Shown: positions 35,349 through 43,743 of the stretch, piece after piece | Position numbering within the stretch: the stretch's first letter is position 1 | How the letters are laid out: every line of letters starts with the position of its first letter | Made by a program: the position numbers and the translations under genes | Notes under the pieces: model-generated | Databases searched by the model: none | Seen by the model: only the letters and a program-made list of their open reading frames with translations | Told to the model about the DNA's origin: nothing | NCBI GenBank assembly: GCA_021732415.1 | Contig: JAKFVC010000133.1 | Span: forward strand, 1 to 46,612 | From: Planctomycetaceae bacterium | GTDB lineage: Bacteria > Planctomycetota > Planctomycetia > Planctomycetales > Planctomycetaceae | DNA length: 46,612 bases | Reading direction: 5' to 3'

Positions 35349-38300
35349 CTACTGTGCCTGCGGCGAGATCTTCGTGGCTAGCGGAACGTCGGCTTGGAGC
35401 GGTTTGTTTCCGTCTACGGAGACCGCTCGGAAGACGACGTTGGGGATGTCCATCGCGGCGGCGACCATGGCTGGCGTGACCGTCAGTTCGAACGCTTCCT
35501 GATCGGCGGGGACAGTGACGGGTGGCACTGTTGAGCCGGCTGGGAGATTCAAGATCTGCACGGTGACGGCGCCCTTGAAGCCCGGTGTGCGCTTAATCGT
35601 CCCGGTAAATTTGGCGACGACGCCTCCGGTCACCATCAAGTTGTTCGCCGCCAGTTGCACGGTCACCGCGGGCTGGACGGGGAGGCGGAATGGTGTCGAG
35701 TAAATTGTGGCGACCGTGTTCTGCGAGAACGTGTGCTCGACAAGTTCGGCCTTGATCACGAAGTCGATGCTGGGCTCGGCAATGTCCGTCGGGACCGCAA
35801 TCTGTAAGGCGGCCTGGGGATTATCGGCATCGATGGTCTGATTGGCACCGCCATCCACGCGTGGGAGGTCACCCTTGCTGGGGTCGGCCGGGTTGACCTT
35901 CCGGACCGGTTCGGTCGACAGCAGCGTGATACGGGCGATCTTGGTGAGAGGATTCGCGGCGAGCTTCAACTTCAAGGGAATCGTGATATCGGCACCCTTA
36001 AAGATCGCGGGCGGCAAGGCACCCAGTTCCAGCGCCGTTCCGACCGGACTGGTCAATCCGGCGGCCAGGGTGACCCGATCATTGGGCAGCAGACTGAGAC
36101 GCGGGTCGGCGGGGATTTGCGCGATGCGGCTCAGTGGGGGATTCGCATCGAGGGACTCACCGACGATCCGCAGACCATCATAGGTCCCCGCAGCCGCGGC
36201 GGGGCCTTGGCGAGTCAGCGTGATCCACGCCTTATTAATGTTGGCGGGAATATCAGCCGGTAGCACGACGACTTGAGGATCTCCTTGAACGCTGAGCTTG
36301 ATCGGGCCGTTATATCCGGCTCGGGTGACGTCCACTTGCATGGCGACGGAACCGTCCTGGGCCAATTGGACTCGGTCCGCGGACAGAGTGAGATTGAAAT
36401 CAGGTTGCCCGGCGGGAGCGATTCGCAAACGGTAACGGAAATTCGAACCGCCGCGGGCGCGGAGATCGCGGATGGCGACTTGAATCTGTTGTTGATCAGC
36501 GGGGACGGTGTACTCGACCGATGCTTCCCTCGCCCCAGGATTCTCGGCTCCTGCGACGACGTTGCCTTCCGGGTGCTTCAGGATTTGCAGTTGGGGGTCG
36601 AGCGAGGAGTTGACCGCCAGTCCGGATGCGGTCAGGTTCAATTTCTGTCCTGGCGTGACCTGCAGCAGAATCACATCCCGTTCACGCGGTTGCGAGAGAA
36701 CGCCAGTGAAACCGACCGGTACCAACGGTGGCGCGGCGAACTTGGCTTCGACCGCCTGAAGCTGTCCGGCCGCGGGGGCCGTTTCGACGAACTCAGGACC
36801 AGCGCCGACGATGAGTTTTGGCGCGGGGGCGGCAATTCCCAGTGTCGGCGGTAACAGCCAGTTCCGCGCGGCCGTTCCCGGTTGATCTCGCAAATTAATG
36901 GGCAATCGGGTCGCGGGATCTGTTCCTGTGCCCGACAAGGCAAGCTGGGCTTCAGTACCGGCGGTGACGCCTCCCAGGGCCACATCGGCTAGCTTCAGAT
37001 CGCCGATCTTGAGACGAAACGGATTGACTCCAGGAGCGGCGTAGCTGAGATCGTGGACCTCAACATAGTAGAGTCCAGCGCTGGGCAGAACGACGTCAGC
37101 GCGGGCGTCTCCGGAGAACTCCACGTGACCCCATTCAATCTTGAGTGGTGTACCGCGAGCCGACTTAATTTCGATCACGGGAGTCATCACGGCTCCGAGT
37201 CGACGCGCCTCAATATCGGCGATGACATGCTGGCCGGCCTGACCGGCAAAATAGACCTTGATCTGCTGGGCTCCGGATAAGACTCCGGAAACGGCTACCG
37301 GCAGCGTCAGGGGTTTTTCGGGGGAACTGGTGTTGGCAGGAACTTCAGGCAAACCATCCACGGCGACGGGCAGTGCGTTACTCACGCCGGCCGGGGTTTG
37401 AACTCGAATTGGATAATGGCCGACCAGAGTCTCTGCGGGTAAGGTGACCTGCACTTCAATCTGGTTGGCATTCGTGTTCGGTCCCAACGCCAGCTTGGCA
37501 CCCGGAATCGGCAGGGACACGGTTGGGGTCGGTTGCAGATTGGTCCCGGAAATGACCAGCGTGCTGGCCACTCCCAGTTGCAAGCCGTTAGTCGACAAGC
37601 TTGAAATAGTTGGGGCGGGGGCCTGGGCGGGTAGGGTCTCGGCGAGGACCGCGGTTGACGCATTGGGGCCAGCCGTTTCCACGAACAGTTTTCCGACCTC
37701 TTCCGGAGTCAACGCTTGCGGAAAGATTGAGAATTCGTCGAAGATTCCTGAGGCAAACTCGATGGTTGGCGTACTCGCGCCGATGAGGAAGGGAACATCG
37801 TTAAGCAGACCAGGCAGATTGAGGTTCAAGAGCCACGCGTCGTTGCCAGCCAGTTGTGTTCCCGCCAGCGGCCGCGGCGTTTGCTGCACTCCATTCACGT
37901 AGAGCCGGACCAGGACGTCGTCCTTATCCTGATCGGCGTCGTCGCCCGGTGCATCGGCGACTTCATACGTGACCGTGATGTAGTTGGGACGTCGAAAGCC
38001 CAGGACTTGCTTGACTCCAAAATGAGCGATCTTGTAGGCGGGGCCATCATTCAAGTAGACCTGCAGGAGATCGGTCTTACCCGAAAAGTTGATTCCGTAG
38101 TTCGATACACCTGCGCCCTCGGTTCGCTTGGCAAACAGGCTTTGATAGGCGGCATCTTCGGGTGAGCCGAGATGGAGATAAAAGAAACTCAGCGAGACGC
38201 CAGTTCCCCGATCCACATCAGCACCGTCGGCGACTTGCACGAATTGCTTGCGCCCAGCGTCCAGGATCAGAGCCGATTTGTCCTTCTGATTCGCGAACGG

Positions 38301-38531
38301 ACTTTTGACGCGCGAGGCACCGTTGACCAACACGCCAACATCTTTGACCGTGCCGGCCGCAGCCGTGTCCTGGGCGTCTCCGGTGGCTTCGTCGAACGAA
38401 AAGTGCAAGACTGCCTTGGCGCGGACGGGACTGTCTTGAGCCTGCAGGCTGTTCAGCCCGACGAAACTGCCGACAACACCGATCACGAGCCCCAGACTTT
38501 GCCACCGCAATGCTTCACCGGTCATGCGCAT
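35349..38531 (-). CDS. Giant secreted protein with an N-terminal LamG/ConA-like lectin-fold domain followed by multiple Ig-like beta-sandwich repeats
   Basis: Signal peptide (LGLVIGVVGSFVGLNSLQAQ). A LamG-like segment (SLSFFYLHLG...GINFSGKTDLLQVYLNDG). The C-terminal 700 aa are rich in T/V/P/A/G. 1060 aa. Confidence 0.6.
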   Translation of the reverse strand: MRMTGEALRWQSLGLVIGVVGSFVGLNSLQAQDSPVRAKAVLHFSFDEATGDAQDTAAAGTVKDVGVLVNGASRVKSPFANQKDKSALILDAGRKQFVQVADGADVDRGTGVSLSFFYLHLGSPEDAAYQSLFAKRTEGAGVSNYGINFSGKTDLLQVYLNDGPAYKIAHFGVKQVLGFRRPNYITVTYEVADAPGDDADQDKDDVLVRLYVNGVQQTPRPLAGTQLAGNDAWLLNLNLPGLLNDVPFLIGASTPTIEFASGIFDEFSIFPQALTPEEVGKLFVETAGPNASTAVLAETLPAQAPAPTISSLSTNGLQLGVASTLVISGTNLQPTPTVSLPIPGAKLALGPNTNANQIEVQVTLPAETLVGHYPIRVQTPAGVSNALPVAVDGLPEVPANTSSPEKPLTLPVAVSGVLSGAQQIKVYFAGQAGQHVIADIEARRLGAVMTPVIEIKSARGTPLKIEWGHVEFSGDARADVVLPSAGLYYVEVHDLSYAAPGVNPFRLKIGDLKLADVALGGVTAGTEAQLALSGTGTDPATRLPINLRDQPGTAARNWLLPPTLGIAAPAPKLIVGAGPEFVETAPAAGQLQAVEAKFAAPPLVPVGFTGVLSQPRERDVILLQVTPGQKLNLTASGLAVNSSLDPQLQILKHPEGNVVAGAENPGAREASVEYTVPADQQQIQVAIRDLRARGGSNFRYRLRIAPAGQPDFNLTLSADRVQLAQDGSVAMQVDVTRAGYNGPIKLSVQGDPQVVVLPADIPANINKAWITLTRQGPAAAAGTYDGLRIVGESLDANPPLSRIAQIPADPRLSLLPNDRVTLAAGLTSPVGTALELGALPPAIFKGADITIPLKLKLAANPLTKIARITLLSTEPVRKVNPADPSKGDLPRVDGGANQTIDADNPQAALQIAVPTDIAEPSIDFVIKAELVEHTFSQNTVATIYSTPFRLPVQPAVTVQLAANNLMVTGGVVAKFTGTIKRTPGFKGAVTVQILNLPAGSTVPPVTVPADQEAFELTVTPAMVAAAMDIPNVVFRAVSVDGNKPLQADVPLATKISPQAQ

Positions 38532-38694
38532 ACCTCGCAGATAATACGGACACTGGCAGAAGTAATATTCTACCAGTCGAGCGACACATCAATGCGACAG
38601 TATACGATGCGCGGGCCGAAAGTTTAACCGAGTCGACGACTATCCGTTGTCAGACACACTCTAAGCCGTGCCTGGTGAATCAATCGGCAGAGGA

Positions 38695-38760
38695 TTTCAC
38701 CACGGAGACACGGAGAACACGGAGACCTGAATTGAGAATTCTCCGTGCTCTCCGTGGTGA
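38695..38760. repeat. Word-built hairpin (cacggaga units): caccacggagacacggagaacacggagac ... ctccgtgctctccgtggtga; a sequence relative of the hairpin at 2037-2097
   Basis: Read directly. It lies between the TlpA-like gene stop (38808) and the LamG gene start (38531) on the minus strand. Confidence 0.6.
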
Positions 38761-38807
38761 ATCTGCCCTCTCCGATCATAAGGACCTCGGGATTCATCAG
38801 CCTTACC

Positions 38808-39347
38808 TTAGGGGGCTGCCAGGGCTTGGCGGATTCCCTCTTCCAGGCTTATGGAGGATGATTGGTTCCAGACGATCTGGTTGTGTCGGTCGACCACCCA
38901 CACCATCGGAATCGCGTCCACACCCAATTCGCGAAGGGTCTCGTTCGTTCCGTAGCCGCTCTTCCAGGTGATTCCCGTCCGCTTCAGGAAGCGCTGCATG
39001 GCCTCCAGATGCTCTTCAGTCTCCCCGGTGAGGCCAATGAATTCGACTCCCTGGGCGTGATACCTCTCGTGTAATAGGACCAACTCGGGGGCTTGCTGGA
39101 TGCATGGACCGCACCAACTGGCCCAGGCATCGATCACCAGGACTTTGTTGGCCAGTTCCTCGGATGTCGGCGCTTCGCCATTCAACCAGCCCTGAGCTTT
39201 GATGGGCGGAAGCTGTGTTCCGACCGGCCGTCCCGCATGTCGGGCAGGTTGATGAGATTGCAGCAGCAGCGAGAAGACGACCATTGCACCGATCACGACG
39301 ACCATGCTGGTGAAGAACGCTGCGTGTGGCGAATTTGATTTAAACAT
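38808..39347 (-). CDS. TlpA-like thiol:disulfide oxidoreductase (thioredoxin fold, membrane-anchored)
   Basis: WASWCGPC CxxC active site. N-terminal hydrophobic anchor (MVVVIGAMVVFSLLL). 179 aa. Confidence 0.8.
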   Translation of the reverse strand: MFKSNSPHAAFFTSMVVVIGAMVVFSLLLQSHQPARHAGRPVGTQLPPIKAQGWLNGEAPTSEELANKVLVIDAWASWCGPCIQQAPELVLLHERYHAQGVEFIGLTGETEEHLEAMQRFLKRTGITWKSGYGTNETLRELGVDAIPMVWVVDRHNQIVWNQSSSISLEEGIRQALAAP

Positions 39348-39363
39348 GGATCAGGCGCTCTTC

Positions 39364-39434
39364 TGTAGCCTGACTCTCCAGAGTCGGGCGAATTCGCATC
39401 GAACCTGCGCCCGACTCTGGAGAGTCAGGCCACA
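39364..39434. repeat. Family-3 palindromic element: tgtagcctgactctccagagtcgggcg ... cgcccgactctggagagtcaggccaca, between the transporter stop and the tlpA start
   Basis: 27-bp arms with 1 mismatch and a 17-nt loop. A solo half-copy is at 41384-41410. Confidence 0.7.
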
Positions 39435-39454
39435 GCATTATATCCCAGGGAGTG

Positions 39455-41128
39455 TTACTTTGCGGATGCAGGCAATTGATTCACAGCCCACGTGGGGAGT
39501 TTTTCAATGGAGATCCCCATCACTGGAACCATCCATAACAAAGTCACAGCGCTGACCAGAATGATGCCAATGATGTTCAAGACGAAGCCGAATTTGGCCA
39601 TCTGATCGAAGCGGACTCGGCCAGTGCCAAAGGCGATCGCATTTGGCGGGGTTCCCACTGGCATCATGAAACCAACGCTGGTTGAAATGGTGGCCGGGAT
39701 CATCAGCAGGCGGGGATCATAACCCAAGCTGACGGAAATACTGGCGACGATCGGCAGGAACATGTTGGCGGTCGCGACGTTGGAGGTGAACTCGGTCAAG
39801 AACGTCAGGCTGGCGGTGATGATCAACATCCAGACGATGATCGAACGGAATGTCATGCCACCGGTCAACAGGTCGCCAATCCAATGTGCCAGTCCGGTGG
39901 TTTCGAATGCCCCGGCCATCGCAAATCCGCCGCCGAACAGCAGGATGACATCCCACGGCAGACGTTGGGCCGTCTCCCAATCCATCAGGAACGTGGTGCG
40001 GCCTTGTCCATCCTTCTCAATCGGAATGCAGAACATCAACAGGCACATGCCGATGGAAATCGTGCCATCGTGGAGATAGGTGGCTTTGAAATCACCGGCA
40101 ATGTTGAAGTATTTGAGGGTTGTCTCCAGCCAATGTCCCCAACCGAGGACCAGTGGCTCATCGCCAATCTGGAACTTGGCCCGGAAGACCCACAGTAGCG
40201 CCGTCGAGACGAATACCGTAAACATCCAGAGTTCACCGCGAGTGGGAGATCCCAGCTTTTTCAAACGGTTGCGAAAGAAGTCCGCATCCAGCCAGTTCTT
40301 CTGTGCCTGGCGTGGCAAATACCAGGTCAGGACGATCCAGGAGGCCAGGATCATCAGAATCCCGAACGGCAGGAAAGACATGATCCATTGGCCCGATGGG
40401 ATTTCGGGTGCCTCGGGAAACTGCTTTCTCCACATGCCCAGGAAGACCACGTTCGTTGGGGTGCCAACCGGCGTTAGAGTGCCGCCGATGCTGGCTGCGT
40501 AGGCAATTCCTAAGACCAGTGCTGTCCCCAAGAGAGGCAGCCACGGCATCGATGTCGGTGCTAATGTCGTCGTGGAGGCGGCGCTACTGTCCGGCGATGT
40601 CGTGGCCGAGTTTTCTCCGGAGGCAATCTCTTCCAGAGTCCGCAGCAAGGCCAGGCCGATCGGCATCATCATCAAAGTTGCGGCGGTATTGCTGATCCAC
40701 ATCGAGAGAAATGCGGTCGCCAGCATAAAGCCGAGCACCAGTCGCCGAGGACTGGTTCCCAAGCCGCACAATACGTGCAACGCCATGCGGCGATGCAGGC
40801 CGCAACGCTCGATTCCCAGGGCGATCACGAAGCCCCCCAGAGCCAGCCAGATGTTGCTGTCGATATACGATTTGCTGACGTCGTCCGCCTTTTGAATTCC
40901 CAGCAGCGGATACGCACACAATGGAATCAAACTGGTGGCCGCAACGGGCAATGCCTGGGTAAACCACAGGATGGCCATTCCAATGGTGACGGCGAGCAGT
41001 CTCCAGGCCGAGACCGGCAAGCCTTCGGGGGCTGGGCAGATCAGCAATCCGACAAACACCAACGGCGCCAGCCAACGGCCTGCACGGCTCAGGCCTTCGG
41101 GTAGCTGTTCTTCTAAGGATGTCGTCAT
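39455..41128 (-). CDS. SLC13/DASS-family (divalent anion:Na+ symporter) permease
   Basis: 557 aa polytopic membrane protein. The N-terminal region (LLAVTIGMAILWFTQALPVAATSLIPLCAYPLLGI) and internal repeat topology resemble CitT/SLC13 permeases. A Ser/Thr-rich central loop is present. Confidence 0.7.
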   Translation of the reverse strand: MTTSLEEQLPEGLSRAGRWLAPLVFVGLLICPAPEGLPVSAWRLLAVTIGMAILWFTQALPVAATSLIPLCAYPLLGIQKADDVSKSYIDSNIWLALGGFVIALGIERCGLHRRMALHVLCGLGTSPRRLVLGFMLATAFLSMWISNTAATLMMMPIGLALLRTLEEIASGENSATTSPDSSAASTTTLAPTSMPWLPLLGTALVLGIAYAASIGGTLTPVGTPTNVVFLGMWRKQFPEAPEIPSGQWIMSFLPFGILMILASWIVLTWYLPRQAQKNWLDADFFRNRLKKLGSPTRGELWMFTVFVSTALLWVFRAKFQIGDEPLVLGWGHWLETTLKYFNIAGDFKATYLHDGTISIGMCLLMFCIPIEKDGQGRTTFLMDWETAQRLPWDVILLFGGGFAMAGAFETTGLAHWIGDLLTGGMTFRSIIVWMLIITASLTFLTEFTSNVATANMFLPIVASISVSLGYDPRLLMIPATISTSVGFMMPVGTPPNAIAFGTGRVRFDQMAKFGFVLNIIGIILVSAVTLLWMVPVMGISIEKLPTWAVNQLPASAK

Positions 41129-41201
41129 GGGGCGTCCGTCGTGGCAGGTGCAAAGGCGGCATCATACTGTTTTCTGGCGATTCAACTCTATGTCACAAGT
41201 C

Positions 41202-41290
41202 GATGGGAGGGTGAGGCTCCTGCCGAACCGCAAGCGTCTTTCGGCCCCCGCCAGACTTTGCGGTTCGGCAGGATCCTCACCCCTCCCATC
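41202..41290. repeat. Family-1 palindromic element, in inverted orientation relative to the copies at 12000 and 24431: gatgggagggtgaggctcctgccgaaccgcaagcg ... gactttgcggttcggcaggatcctcacccctcccatc
   Basis: Read directly. It is in the divergent region between the transporter and the ceramidase-like gene, ~90 bp from the family-3 half-copy. Confidence 0.75.
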
Positions 41291-41383
41291 TGCCGTGTCC
41301 TGTATGGGAACGAAGAAGAATCCCGGGGCTTACGCCACCAGGTTCGCCTGGATTGACGAGGTATTCGACATCTATCGGAAACT

Positions 41384-41410
41384 CGCCCGACTCTGGAGAG
41401 TCAGGCTACA
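41384..41410. repeat. Solo half-copy (one arm only) of the family-3 element: cgcccgactctggagagtcaggctaca
   Basis: 26/27 identity to the right arm at 39408-39434. I found no partner arm nearby. Confidence 0.6.
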
Positions 41411-41514
41411 GAATTGCGATACGGTCGGCGTCCAGCTACTCGTTTCCGTTTTGAGCCGCTATCATCGGAGCTCGTTGATTTGTTCGTCTGTGTGGCAACA
41501 TCAGGAGTGATGCG

Positions 41515-42855
41515 ATGAAACGGTTTCTGCGGATTGTGGCGCTGTGGCTGGTGGGTTATTGCCTGGGATGGGACTCGTCGTCCGCGCCGGCCGCTGAGGT
41601 TTATCAAGCGGGGTTTGGCAAGGTCGTGATTACTCCCGATGAGCCCACCCCTATGTCTGGATACGCGGGCCGAACCGCGCCCGCCAAAGGCAAGATTCAT
41701 GATCTGTATGCACGTGCCGCAGCGCTGCGTGATCCCGCTGGGAAGACCATTGTCATGGTGTCGACCGACTTGATCGGTGTGCCGGCTACGATGGCTCAGA
41801 CGATTTGTGCTGAGATTGAAAAACGTCATGGGATCACGCGTGCCGACATCATGCTGACGTGCTCGCATACTCATTGCGGGCCTGCTCTGGATGACGAATT
41901 GACCTTTATGTTGTTTCTGCCTGATGCCGAAATGGCCAAAGTGAAACGGTATCAGCCGATTTTGAACGCCAAGCTGATCGACGTTGTCGGTCAGGCGATT
42001 GCCGATCTGAAGCCGGCTCAGTTGGCGACCGGGATCGGCAAGGCCGAATTCGCATCACACCGGCGGGCACCCATTGGGGTTGGTCCGATTGATCATGAAG
42101 TTCCCGTCTTGCGAGTCTTGGATGCTGAGGGGAAGACATTGCGCGGCGTGTTGTTCGGGTATGCCTGCCACAACACGACGATGAGCTTTGAAATGTATTG
42201 CGGTGACTACGCCGGTTTCGCGCAGTTGTATCTGGAAGATCATCATCCCGGGGCCGTGGCGTTGTTTCATCTGGGATGCGGTGGAGATCAGAATCCTCTG
42301 CCACGGCGCAAGATTGAGATCTGCGAGAAGTACGGTCGCATGTTGGGAGTGGCTGTCGAGAAGGTGATGAGTCAAACAATGCCACCAGTGACCGGAGCCT
42401 TCAAGGCGGATCTGCAACGGATTGATCTGCCGTTTGCGTCGGTCCCGACGGCGGCTGATTTGGAAATCAAAAAGACCAAGGGAGGCAAGCATGATCAGGT
42501 GCTCGCCGACAAGTTGCTGAAAAGACTGGCTGCCGGTGAGAAACTACCGGCGACCTATCCCTACCCGGTACAGGTTTGGCAAGTCGGCAGCGGTGTGACC
42601 TGGGTAGCGCTTGGGGGTGAGATCACCGTCGAGTATTCCCTGCGAATCAAAGAACAATTGGGCCAGGGACGTACTTGGGTGACCGGGTACGCGAATGATG
42701 TGATGTGCTATATCCCGTCGGAAAAGATCCTCGCCGAAGGGGGCTATGAAGGCGAGACGTCGCAAGTCTATTATCAAAAGCCGACCAAATGGGCACCCGG
42801 GATCGAAAAGGCTATCGTCGATAAAGTCGTGGAGATGGCGGCGAAGTCCAAGTAG
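41515..42855 (+). CDS. Neutral/alkaline ceramidase N-terminal-domain-like secreted hydrolase
   Basis: Signal peptide. GFGKVVITPDEPTPMSGYAGRTAPAKGKIHDLYARAAAL matches the conserved N-terminal block of neutral ceramidases (G-x-DITP ... M-GY ... G-x-HD-L-ARA). 446 aa. AGGAGTG Shine-Dalgarno. Confidence 0.55.
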   Translation: MKRFLRIVALWLVGYCLGWDSSSAPAAEVYQAGFGKVVITPDEPTPMSGYAGRTAPAKGKIHDLYARAAALRDPAGKTIVMVSTDLIGVPATMAQTICAEIEKRHGITRADIMLTCSHTHCGPALDDELTFMLFLPDAEMAKVKRYQPILNAKLIDVVGQAIADLKPAQLATGIGKAEFASHRRAPIGVGPIDHEVPVLRVLDAEGKTLRGVLFGYACHNTTMSFEMYCGDYAGFAQLYLEDHHPGAVALFHLGCGGDQNPLPRRKIEICEKYGRMLGVAVEKVMSQTMPPVTGAFKADLQRIDLPFASVPTAADLEIKKTKGGKHDQVLADKLLKRLAAGEKLPATYPYPVQVWQVGSGVTWVALGGEITVEYSLRIKEQLGQGRTWVTGYANDVMCYIPSEKILAEGGYEGETSQVYYQKPTKWAPGIEKAIVDKVVEMAAKSK

Positions 42856-42962
42856 CAGAAGTCGTTCAATCAGACTTCAATGGCTGGCTGATTGATGTTA
42901 TAAGTGAAGAGGCCGGAATCAATGCCGGGCCACAAACACGCCCGTTTTCGCAGGACACCACC

Positions 42963-43418
42963 ATGGTCCGAGCTATCTCTCATCTGCTGTTCGGATTCAT
43001 CGTCGCGAGCACATTGTGTTCGGCGAATGTGAAGGCCGAGTTGGCTCCCGCGCGGCCGAAATCTGTGGTGACCAAACCTGCATTGCCCTTGGGGGCTCAA
43101 TCTCCGCGTCAAATTTCCGGACCCACGACGGTGATCCCCGGACGAGAACGCCTGGGGGTGACGGCCGGTACGGGAACCACGCCGTTTGTGTCTGGCCCGA
43201 TTCATAGCCGCCCCGAAGGGTTCATGACGAACACGCGTAAGCTGGGTGAGAATACGGTCGTGGTTGGGCAGGCTCGCACGGGAGTGACTCGTTCGGTTTC
43301 GACGGACATGATGGGAGTCAGCACGTCGACCCGCGTGCCACGAACGGTGGGGCGCAGTGGTTTGGCGACCCCCCATAGTACCGGCCGTTCGTGGTCTGGA
43401 TTCAAGCGCGTTAAATAG
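42963..43418 (+). CDS. Hypothetical small secreted Thr/Gly/Arg-rich protein
   Basis: ORF with a signal-peptide-like N-terminus (LLFGFIVASTLCSANVKA). No recognisable domain. The MITE-like element follows immediately. Confidence 0.35.
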   Translation: MVRAISHLLFGFIVASTLCSANVKAELAPARPKSVVTKPALPLGAQSPRQISGPTTVIPGRERLGVTAGTGTTPFVSGPIHSRPEGFMTNTRKLGENTVVVGQARTGVTRSVSTDMMGVSTSTRVPRTVGRSGLATPHSTGRSWSGFKRVK

Positions 43419-43431
43419 CGGACGCGGCATC

Positions 43432-43692
43432 GTGGGACGGGTCTCCAGGCCCGTCCGTCCAGCGAGACTGCCTGAAAGTGGTTCAGAATCTCGGTAACCG
43501 CCCGGGCAAAAGCGCATTTCTTCGTGTCCTTTGTGACCTTCTGTTATTGCCGTTTTTGAACAGAAGGTCACAAAGGACACGAAGAAGATACGTCGCCTTC
43601 GGCGTCTGGATGAATCAGTCTGTTCAACGTTGTTCTTCTGTCGGTCTCCCAACAGGCGGGTAGGGACGGACGGGCCTGGAGACCCGTCCCAC
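43432..43692. mobile_element. 261-bp MITE-like element with perfect 29-bp terminal inverted repeats (gtgggacgggtctccaggcccgtccgtcc ... ggacggacgggcctggagacccgtcccac) enclosing a perfect 27-bp internal hairpin (43517-43587, cttcgtgtcctttgtgaccttctg)
   Basis: Both the terminal and the internal inverted repeats were read directly and are mismatch-free. The element has no coding capacity beyond a 61-codon ORF that is probably spurious. It sits between two + strand genes. Confidence 0.55.
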
Positions 43693-43743
43693 GGTTGCAT
43701 GACGCGTGAATTTCCGCGTCGGTGCCGTTAAGCTGTCCGCACG

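Noticed and set aside
2037-43587. Possibility that the word-built hairpins or palindromic families are a CRISPR array
   Set aside because: There is no regular repeat-spacer periodicity. The copies are tens of kb apart, each is an inverted rather than a direct repeat, and there are no cas genes in the window.
43478-43663. 61-codon ORF inside the MITE-like element
   Set aside because: It spans the internal hairpin, has no start context and has an Arg/Leu-rich composition. It is probably non-coding.
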